Shown: positions 1-8,963 of the stretch, in pieces
How the letters are laid out: the number at the start of each line of letters is the position of its first letter
How positions within the stretch are numbered: position 1 is the first letter of the stretch
Assembly: GCF_001194135.2 (NCBI RefSeq)
Contig: NC_068999.1
Span: forward strand, 31,905,035 to 31,938,729
Length of the DNA stretch: 33,695 bases
Direction: 5' to 3'
Source: Octopus bimaculoides
Taxonomy: Eukaryota
Notes under the pieces: model-generated
Told to the model about the DNA's origin: nothing
What the model saw: the letters and a program-made list of their open reading frames with translations, nothing else
Databases searched by the model: none
Position numbers and translations under genes: made by a program

Positions 1-207
1 ATTCCAGAAGTTACTTTGAACATAATGCAAAACGGTGCATCATCATCTACTGCCCAATCTGATAGAATTTTGGCAGAACTGTGTAGCAACAGATCGCCAG
101 CAATTGCTTCATCACAAATTGCCGTCCTACCTCCTGCGAAAAGCAATCACCCTGCTATGTATAATCAAGGCAGCGCAAAAAGTTGTTTTGCACAAACATT
201 TGTATAG
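1..207 (+). CDS. Candidate 3'-terminal coding exon of an unidentified host gene, open from the window edge, ending ...SCFAQTFV*
   Basis: Frame 1 is open from base 1 to TAG at 205-207 (68 codons). It is non-repetitive and richer in GC/CpG than the flanks. No family recognised and no splice acceptor visible in the window. Confidence 0.3.
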   Translation: MPEVTLNIMQNGASSSTAQSDRILAELCSNRSPAIASSQIAVLPPAKSNHPAMYNQGSAKSCFAQTFV

Positions 208-499
208 CCAATTAGACGGATGAAATTTACGTACACTTAATAATGTTACACAAAACAGCCTTCAGACTTTCCCTCTTAATTTCGTCTTTTGAATTATGAA
301 CATATTTACATCATAAGGGTTTTTTCATTGTAAGGCTTTCTTTTTTAGTTGATTTTCACCTAGCAAGACTTATCGTAGATGGCGTAATAAGTCACACCCT
401 GACAATGTCGGGTTGTACTGCTAGTAATTGATAAAAATGACCCACTTGGATTCTATATCCCTACAAACCAAAATTTGGAGATTTATCTTTAATAACACT

Positions 500-721
500 C
501 GTGTGTGTATGTGTTTGTATTTGTGTTTGTCTCACACCACCACTTGACAACTGGTGTTGGTGTGTTTACATCCCCATGACTTAGAAGTTTGGCAAAAGAA
601 ATTGATAAGTAGCAGGCTTAAAAAGCATAAAGTATTGGGTTCAGTTTGTTTGACTAAAATTCTTGAAGGCAGTGCCCCAGCATGACCACATCTAATAACT
701 AAAATAAGTAAAGGGTAAAGG
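500..721 (+). mobile_element. tRNA-derived SINE family B, 3' half
   Basis: CTTGACAACTGGTGTTGGTGTGTTTACATCCCC...CCAGCATGACCAC...AAGTAAA matches the reverse complement of 27397-27560 and part of 23050-23160. Confidence 0.7.
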
Positions 722-1144
722 ATATAGTAGTGAGTTAGACAGCTCCATTGTACCTATCAACAGCTAGCTTGGCTGAGCTTTTAAAGGAAGTAAGCATCAT
801 ACCCATGGACATAATGCAAGCAATGGCTGCCAGTATCAGTACAGGAGCCATAAATTCTGCAGGTAGTCCACCTTCACAATCACCACTCAGCCACTTCTAC
901 TTCTTCATTATGTCTAAATAAAACCAAATTTATAGAAATATTCAACAGAATTGACATGCAGACATATACATTATTTTTCTGCTTGTCTTCATTTTATTAG
1001 AAATGTGTTTCTGTGATGGCTTTAGTCTAGTGAGGGTGGATGTATGACTATGTGTGTGTGTGTGTATACATATGTATTTGTGTACATGTCTATGTCTATG
1101 TATGTGTGGCCATGTATGTGTATATCAGTATGTGATACATACAC

Positions 1145-1188
<44 letters not shown>

Positions 1189-1638
1189 CACAGTTTAGTT
1201 ATATATTTAGGAGTTGGTTGTAATTTACTTATTGAATTTATTTAACAATACAGTTATACATAGGGTAAATGTGTTTGAAAGTTGTAGTTTCTTTGATTTG
1301 TTTGTTCCCAAACAACACTTATTTTAGTGCTATTGACACCGCTGGATTGAATGGTACTGTCCAGATGTCAAAACCATAATGATATCTGTGGGGCAGCTGA
1401 TGAGGGAGGTATATTGGAGTGTTGGTATGGCTGTTTTTGTATATGTGGAATAGTATTATTGGATTGTTGGTATGGTTGTCGAACAGTTTTATAATACATC
1501 CTTTTGATACACACACACATATATTCATACATATATGTATGATTATATATGTGTGTATGCTTATGTCAGTGTGTATATGGGTGTATGTGTATGTGTGTAT
1601 TTGTCCGTGTGTGTGCGTGCACACGTGCATGTGTGTTT

Positions 1639-1674
1639 TACAAGATCTGTATTTCCTACACGGTCATCAGTGTA
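1639..1674 (-). ncRNA. Candidate minimal type I hammerhead ribozyme (weak stems)
   Basis: Minus strand reads TACA-CTGATGA-CCGTGTAG-GAAA-TACAGA-TC-T-TGTA. Both core boxes and an AUC triplet are intact, but stem II has only one Watson-Crick pair and stem I has an extra base. Confidence 0.4.
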
Positions 1675-2499
1675 CAGAGGTGACATGATGCTATCTGTTG
1701 TAATCAATATGGTCAGTGACTAATTCTTTCTTGGTAGCAAACTGTTCTAATATTTATTTATGATAATATTAACTAATTTTTCTGACGTTAACTGTCTTCA
1801 TTAGTTATCTGGGATTTTGCTAGGACACACATACATTCATTCACAACAACAATATATATGAGGACATACACACATTCACAGATTTACAACTATATTCAAA
1901 CATACTTACACATATACATGTGTGTGTGCATAATTTGCAAACTGAGTTACAACTGTTTCCTAAGAATTATCCCTTTTTGTTTCCTTTTAACATATAAAGA
2001 GTGTACTAGTGGCATACAAATTCAAAGCTAAATATTCATAGGTTAGTCAAACAGATTCTAAATTATTCCTTAAGCAATTCTAATAATCTTTAGTTGTTTT
2101 ATCCTGCTCTAATGATTTTATTTTCATTCTACCTCTTTACTCAGCAAGTTCACACACACATATGTGTATAGTTATGTGTGTGTGTGTGTGCGTGTAATTT
2201 AGGCAATTATATATATATATATATATATAAAATTTAATAAAATATTATTATCATTATTAAAAATAACAATGATAATAATAATTATCGAAAATAACTAATA
2301 ATAAAGTGGCCAGCAAGTTTAATCTATATAGGCTAAAATATACAAATAAATTAGGGTACTGGAATGCCACTTGCTAGAAATAGGAGTTAACATTCTGAAG
2401 CCACAAATTTCTCAGTATTAAGAAACATACACGGTAAATGTAACAAATATAATAAAGATAAGCCTTACCTTGTATAAACCACAAAGCAAGAACAGATAT

Positions 2500-2556
2500 C
2501 TTGGTATCAATTGATTTCACCTTTTGTACATTAGTACTTAAGGATCATCAGCCAAG
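2500..2556 (-). ncRNA. Minimal type I hammerhead ribozyme
   Basis: CTTGG-CTGATGA-T CCTT AA GTAC TAAT GTAC AA AAGG T-GAAA-TCAATTGA-TA-CCAAG. Stem I is 5 bp perfect, stem II is bipartite, stem III is palindromic, triplet AUA. Confidence 0.8.
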
Positions 2557-2861
2557 CTTACTTTATTCATCTATTTTTCAAAACGTTCAAGTCATTAAAC
2601 CATGCACATTTAACCCCTATTTCTACCAAGTAGTATTCCAGTACCCTAATTTATTTGTATATTTTACCTATATAGGTTAAACTTGCTGACCATTTTATTA
2701 TTACTATTATTTCTAATAACAGTAATAATAATACTTTATTAAATTTTACATTGTACTTACTCACTTTATGTTCATTTTTGAACATTGAGGAAGCATTCAA
2801 ATGAACAAATGCACATGGTGTAATGAAATGAATATTTTGAAATATACACAAATGCAGTAAG

Positions 2862-2918
2862 CTTGGCTGATGATCCTTAAGTACTAACATACAAAATGTG
2901 AAATCAATTGATACCAAG
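2862..2918 (+). ncRNA. Minimal type I hammerhead ribozyme, inverted second copy
   Basis: CTTGG-CTGATGA(2867-2873)-stem II-GAAA(2900-2903)-TCAATTGA-TA-CCAAG. Core and stems I and III are identical to 2500-2556; stem II carries mismatches. Confidence 0.75.
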
Positions 2919-3133
2919 ATATCTGTTCTTGCTTTGTGGTTTATACAAGGTAAGGCCTATCTTTATTATATTTGTTACATTCACCGTGTATGTTTCTTAA
3001 TACTGAGAAATTTGTGGCTTCAGAATGTTAACTCCTATTTCTAGCAAGTGGTATTCCAGTACCCTAGTTTATTTGTATGTATGTATGTGTGTGTATGTAT
3101 GTATGTATGTATATATATATATATGTGTGTATG

Positions 3134-3172
<39 letters not shown>

Positions 3173-3177
<5 letters not shown>

Positions 3178-3599
3178 GAAGTATATTTGCCACTTCAATG
3201 TGGCTGACCCCTAAGGGTAGATGTTTTGCAAATACAGACAGGACACAGATGTGTGTCAATAGCCAGCTGGAGGAGATGTTCTCCTGGGGCTAAAAGCAAC
3301 AGTAACATCCAACCTTAGGGGTCAGCCACATTTAAGTGGCAAATATACTTCACTTTGTCTTGCAGTTACTGTTTATACCTCGTTCGGAGATTTAACATTG
3401 CTTGTTTTCACTTTTTCGAGGTCAGTGAATAATTTCACTGGAAAAAGATATATGTATTTGCATCGGGGTATCTTTTGCATCGAAGGTCGGCGATTGTCGT
3501 ACGCTGAGGACGGGTAAATATACGTGGCAAATATAAGTGGCAAAAAATATACTTCACTTTGTCGTGCAGTTACTGTTAATACCTCATTCAGAGATTTAA
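3173..3599. repeat. Inverted plus direct repeat block
   Basis: 3173-3225 and 3304-3356 are inverted (50/53 identical by eye). 3342-3395 and 3546-3599 are direct (50/54). Confidence 0.85.
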
Positions 3600-3840
3600 T
3601 ATATATATATATAAATAAAAAAAATTAAAAAAGGCGTTTTGTATGATAGTGTATAGAGGAATATATTATTTAAAAGAGTTCCAACTCTGTCTGTTTTTTA
3701 TGTTTTTATATTCTTATAGAATTAATGTGGGATATAGAATATGGAATATATAATATAAATAGTAAAATGAAATGAAGTATTGAATGTCTTATTGAATAAA
3801 TGAAATATTGAGTATATAAGGACATTAAATATATAAGGAC

Positions 3841-3880
3841 TAGTATACTTTCCTGCTTTATAGCAGTCATCAAGGATATC
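3841..3880 (-). ncRNA. Degenerate minimal hammerhead ribozyme
   Basis: GATATCC-TTGATGA-CTGCT ATAA AGCAG-GAAA-GTATAC-TA. Stem II is 5 bp perfect and stem III is palindromic (AGTATACT). The first core box is altered and stem I does not pair. Confidence 0.5.
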
Positions 3881-4430
3881 TTTATATCCAACTTAACATG
3901 GATGTTTTATTAGAACACCAAATACTGCATTATTAGCCTCGAGAGACCGTCTCATATAGGAACTTGGTGTGTAAAAGTGCACACATAAATCATAGCAGAT
4001 GCAAATCGTCTGTCTATGCATTCCAGAACTCTCATATCATGTGACTTCATTGTACTGGCAATCATCAGTGAGAATCATCCAGTCACCACATGCCAGTCAA
4101 ATATCGCTGTCACAACATATAAAATATTAGCATCTTTTCAGAAATTGAGGTCACAATTTGGTCAGCAGGCTTTTTATAAATTAATATATTAGTGATGGAA
4201 GCAGTATTACTACCAAAAAGGTAAATTTTATATCAAACTTAACAGGAATGTCTTGTTAGAACAGTGAATACTACATTATTGGCTTTATCTTTTTGCACCA
4301 AGCACCTATATGAAAGAATTTCTCAAGGCTAATAACACAGTATTAGGTGTTCTAACAAGGCTTCTATGTTAAGTTAGATATAAAGATTATCTTTTCATAA
4401 TATACTGCTAGCATCACTAATAAGTAATAT
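3875..4430. repeat. Second nested inverted/direct repeat block, PLE pseudo-LTR-like
   Basis: 3875-3980 is inverted relative to 4285-4390. 4225-4275 is a direct copy of 3880-3938. 4180-4213 is inverted relative to 4398-4430. Confidence 0.75.
4030..4073 (-). ncRNA. Minimal type I hammerhead ribozyme with one core substitution
   Basis: TCTCA-CTGATGA-TTG CCAGTA CAA T-GAAG-TCACATGA-TA-TGAGA. Stem I is 5 bp perfect, stem III is near-palindromic, triplet AUA; GAAA is changed to GAAG. Confidence 0.7.
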
Positions 4431-4447
4431 TTCAATATATAAACAAA

Positions 4448-4660
4448 GTGGCAAGCTGGCAGAATTGTTAGCATGGTGGGTAAAAATGCCATGCAGCATT
4501 TTGTCTGTCTTTACGTTTTGGGTTCAAATGCTCCTGGGGCCGACTTTTCCTTTAATCTTTTTGAAGTCAGTAAAACAAGTGCCAGTTAAGCATTGGAGTC
4601 GATTTAATCAATTTAGCCCCTCCTCCGAAATAGCTAGCCCCATGCCAAACTTTGGAACCT
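4448..4660 (+). mobile_element. tRNA-derived SINE family A, diverged
   Basis: Head GCTGGCAGAATTGTTAGCA, B-box-like GGGTTCAAAT, and a body alignable with 11783-12010. Confidence 0.75.
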
Positions 4661-4674
4661 ATATATATATATAT

Positions 4675-5489
4675 TAAAGAGGTGAGGAAACTTATATAAT
4701 CTTGACGTAAATCTCTATCACAAATTATTGAAAAAGGAAATTACCAAAGCTTACAAAATAGCTGACCAGAACGTTTTGAGGACTAATAATTTAATTGCTA
4801 AATGTATTATGGAGGGTTATCATTTGGAGGATAGAACTGAACTATTTGTTCCTAAAAGGTCTAAAAAAATTTTTTAAGACCATAAGGAGAATTTTTATAG
4901 TAACCCTAGAGTGTGCCTGATTTGCCCAGGGAATCAGATTTTGGGAATACTCAGTGAGGCCATTTTAGACAAGTATATTCCAATTCTTAAGAATAAGATT
5001 AAGTTGCATCTTTGGTCCAACTCCTATGAGGTTATCAATTGGTTTAATAAAATTGAGAATGGGGGTAGGAATGGGTTTATTCAAATAGATATTAATAATT
5101 CTTCTTCTATTTATCAAGTCATTTTAAACAAGATTCTAATATTTGCTCAATGTAATTCTCATTTAAGTATGGATGAAATTAAGATCATTTTGATGGCTAG
5201 ATCTGTTATTGAATTTGAGAATAAGTTTTGGATTAGAAAGGATAGTTATGATGGCTTTGATATTCCTATGGGGGCTAGGGATTCTGCTGAGGTTACAGAT
5301 ATTGTAGGTATTTACATTTTGTTTAAGTTAGGGTGTAAGTTTCCGGAGCTTGCAGGGGATTTATACCAGAATGACTCTTTGTTCACGGTTAAGAATGTTA
5401 CAAATATGAAATTAGATCTATATAAAAAGAAGTTCCACTGGATTTTTAGAGTTGTATATTGGTTCTGTACCAACTTGAATTTCAATTGA
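4675..5489 (+). mobile_element. Penelope-like element reverse transcriptase relic
   Basis: The translation matches PLE RT motifs: DHKENFYSNPRVCLICP, EVINWF, FIQIDI, FWIRK, FDIPMGARDSAEVTDIVGIYIL, and LYQND (decayed YRDD). There is a frameshift near 4878 and no GIY-YIG domain. Confidence 0.85.
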
Positions 5490-5611
5490 ATTAAAGTTCG
5501 TCTACACTTACAATTTTTTTCCTTTCCTTATACCTCATTTATATATATAACTACTGTGAGTATATATATATATATATATAAAGAGAGAGCTTTTGAAGTG
5601 ATGTACAGATA

Positions 5612-5822
5612 TTGTATATTGAGAATAACAAGGTAGTCAAAATGCTGGATGATTATATATATTTTTATTTACATTTTTAGTACTTTCTCCCGCTTTTGGA
5701 TTTAGTGCTTTCTTCCGTTATTGGAATTTTCTTCAAAAAATGGAAGAAAGCACTAGAAAATTAAATAAAAATATATATAATAATCCAACATTCTGACTAC
5801 CTTGTTATTCTCAATATATATA
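5612..5822. repeat. Inverted repeat (about 80 bp arms) downstream of the PLE relic
   Basis: 5612-5690 is inverted relative to 5743-5822 (TATTGAGAATAACAAGGTAGTC.../...GACTACCTTGTTATTCTCAATA). Confidence 0.8.
5672..5742 (-). ncRNA. Degenerate hammerhead-like motif with internal tandem duplication
   Basis: CATTTT-TTGAAGA-AAATTCC AATAAC GGAA-GAAAGCACT-AAATCCAAAAGCGGGA-GAAA-GTAC-TA-AAAATG. Stem I is 6 bp and stem III is palindromic (AGTACT). C3 is changed to T and a 25-26 nt unit is duplicated. Confidence 0.4.
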
Positions 5823-5826
5823 TGCA

Positions 5827-5867
<41 letters not shown>

Positions 5868-5957
5868 TTGTATGTATGTATATATATATATATATACAAA
5901 AATAAGAGGGATGACCAGCAAAAGTGGACTAGAAATAGATGCCGAATCATCTAACCA

Positions 5958-6380
5958 TGAAAAAAATATATGTTCTCAGTAAAAATTCAGCGACAAAGCA
6001 TAACAATTTAGAAATATCTCGATTATCAAAACTTGCCAGATCTCTTGTCTACAAAATTTGTAAGTAGCTAGAGACTGAAGATGGAAATGTATCACCAGTA
6101 TCAAAGCATAAAAAGCATTTTAAATGCTCTAAAATCACCAGAACACCTGAATTTATCTAGTAAGTTCAACAGACCATTGATTACAATCCCAGAAAGTCCA
6201 TGAGGTCAATTGCTAAAGATATCCATGTGTCAGAAGGAACAGTCAGAAATGTTGTTCACGTAGACATCTGATATAAGTCTAATATGATGGGGAAAGGTCA
6301 ATTTATCAGAAAAAGCAAAAGAAAATCTCTACATCAGATCTAAAAGGCTCTTAAACAAACTGAAAAATGCAGCAGAAGAA
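5958..6380 (+). mobile_element. Tc1/mariner-superfamily transposase relic (N-terminal HTH region)
   Basis: RTPEFI**VQQTIDYNPRKSMRSIAKDIHVSEGTVRNVVHVDI*YKSNMMGKGQF...RSKRLLNKLK. In-frame stops fit C-to-T changes; the DDE domain is absent. Confidence 0.7.
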
Positions 6381-7240
6381 GATTTTTATTTAATTTGCTT
6401 TGTGGGAGCAACTGTTTTACCGAAAGCATATATTGTTGTTAAACACTTGAAACACAAGACTAGATAAACAGCCAACAACTGATGAAAGGTCATTCTTTAT
6501 ATTGTTTGTTTTGTTTTCCATTTGTGGCTCACGTTGTTCGAAAGAATAGTTCATGTTTCATGTATTTGTACTTCATATTTTTTTTGTTGTACATATTTCT
6601 TGATGTCCTGTGCCACATGCATATATATATATATATATATATATANNNNNNNNNNNNNNNNNNNNNNNNNNNNNNNNNNNNNNNNNNNNNNNNNNNNNNN
6701 NNNNNNNNNNNNNNNNNNNNNNNNNNNNNNNNNNNNNNNNNNNNNNNNNNNNNNNNNNNNNNNNNNNNNNNNNNNNNNNNNNNNNNNNNNNNNNNNNNNN
6801 NNNNNNNNNNNNNNNNNNNNNNNNNNNNNNNNNNNNNNNNNNNNNNNNNNNNNNNNNNNNNNNNNNNNNNNNNNNNNNNNNNNNNNNNNNNNNNNNNNNN
6901 NNNNNNNNNNNNNNNNNNNNNNNNNNNNNNNNNNNNNNNNNNNNNNNNNNNNNNNNNNNNNNNNNNNNNNNNNNNNNNNNNNNNNNNNNNNNNNNNNNNN
7001 NNNNNNNNNNNNNNNNNNNNNNNNNNNNNNNNNNNNNNNNNNNNNNNNNNNNNNNNNNNNNNNNNNNNNNNNNNNNNNNNNNNNNNNNNNNNNNNNNNNN
7101 NNNNNNNNNNNNNNNNNNNNNNNNNNNNNNNNNNNNNNNNNNNNNNNNNNNNNNNNNNNNNNNNNNNNNNNNNNNNNNNNNNNNNNNNNNNNNNNNNNNN
7201 NNNNNNNNNNNNNNNNNNNNNNNNNNNNNNNNNNNNNNNN

Positions 7241-7412
7241 ACACACACACCGTTAAAATTTCCACTTATTTCTTATTTTTATTTTCCTAAAATTTTCGTT
7301 GCATCTTGCAACCTTTTCAATAGTCTTGACTCTTGGAAAGGTTGCAAGACGCAACGAAAATTTTAGGAAAATAAAAATAAGAAATAAGTGGAAATTTTAA
7401 CGGTGTGTGTGT
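7241..7412. repeat. Foldback/MITE-like palindrome, 80 bp arms with 12 nt loop
   Basis: 7241-7320 is the reverse complement of 7333-7412 with 2 mismatches. The ends are (AC)n/(GT)n and the left arm abuts an N gap. Confidence 0.85.
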
Positions 7413-8499
7413 TAAATTTTAAAGCATGATAAGAAAATGACTCTCCCCAGACACAACAGAATATTCTTCAACATACGAAATCACATAAAAAATCTTGCAA
7501 ACCAAATCCCAAAACGAAATATATGCATACATGTATATGTATACATATGTGTAGATGTATATATATAGATGTACATGTAATATGTACACATATATACATG
7601 CATACAGATATCTATACATATATACACCCCCACACACACACACACATACACATGTACACAAACACACACATTAGTCATTTGTTTTTTTATCCAAGACTAC
7701 GTCAAAAGTACTGAATGAATCTTTATGAAATTTGGAAATTATATTCTATGCATAACGGCCATAACCCCCATGAAAATTCATATATTTTTCATGTTGATGA
7801 AATTTTAACCATACATATTACACACAAATAAAGTAATATTTCTAAAATTTCTTCTTAGAAGTTACAAAGATCCCTTCATGGGGACTTCACACCCACAATT
7901 TAGTCATTTTTCCTAAGCAAAGACAAATACAGTTATACTATTGGAACCTATATGGTCACCCAAACGTAACAGATGAGCATTATTTGTAATTCAACAGTAA
8001 AACAGTGTAAGACTATCCTTTCAGATATACTTACATTGTGATTTCTGCAATGTGGTGCATAAATTGTCAAGTAAATGAGACGCATCTTTGCCTCCACTGA
8101 TTCACTTGCAAAGTATTGAGTAAAATTATTTCGTTGCAGACCTCCTTTGAGTCTTTTTATTACCACTGAGTCACACATAGTCCCCAGTTGGTAACATTGA
8201 TTTCAAGGCCTTCCCAGATGAGTGACTGGTTGTTCTAACACATTTATTGATTGTAAATTTTTTCTGCCCCAGTTACCTATCGGTATAGTGGTCACTTGCA
8301 AACTCCAGATGTGACACTTTCATTTCCCTTCACTCCAAACGTCACACATTGTTATTTCAAGTGGGTCATGCCCTTCCAATTGCTATAGATCCGTAATGCA
8401 TCTTACAGCTGTGCCTGTCACCTGTATGGGGATGAATCCTACATTGGGGAGTAGTAACGACTATGCTAGGGTAGCCGACTGATTATCATGATCATTTGT

Positions 8500-8903
8500 C
8501 TTTTGGTTTCCTGTAGTTTTACTCTCTTTTACAAACCCAGTGAACAAACATATATTTCCTATTTCAAAGAGATTCAAACAATACATATTAGACCCAAGTT
8601 AAAAACATTCCCAACAATTCAACTTCTCTGGTTGACATTAACACACCCATCCCCTATTGGGGCCTTAACTCCCACATTTTTCATCTCCAAGCGCTCCATT
8701 TTTCAGGAGCAAAATCCTTTTTACAGGGTATGTATATAGGTATACATATATATGTACATATTTACGTATAGATATAAGTATGTACATATATAGTCATACA
8801 TATAAATATTATTTATATGTGTGTATATATATATACATCTGCGTGTGTGAGTGTGTGTGTGTATATATGTATATGTATATATATATGTGTGTATGTATAT
8901 ATA

Positions 8904-8963
<60 letters not shown>

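Larger units (their letters stand above)
2226..3078. repeat. Nested inverted-repeat block (A B, inverted A, spacer, inverted B, partial inverted A), PLE pseudo-LTR-like
   Basis: 2226-2390 is inverted relative to 2610-2747. 2344-2610 is inverted relative to 2808-3078, at high identity over about 2344-2568. Confidence 0.85.

Noticed and set aside
1397-1480. CTGATGA at 1397-1403 as a hammerhead
   Set aside because: There is no downstream GAAA with pairing stems; at most a decayed half.
1054-1723. ORFs rich in YI, HT, CV repeats here and throughout the window
   Set aside because: They are translations of (TA)n, (CA)n and (TG)n microsatellites.
6482-7366. Long ORFs spanning N runs (also 10610-11619 and 15929-16450)
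   Set aside because: They are open only because of assembly gaps.
7948-8420. Minus-strand ORF with GTAAGT near 8030 and a YAP motif
   Set aside because: There is no good acceptor, and it is too short to assign to a gene or a LINE endonuclease.
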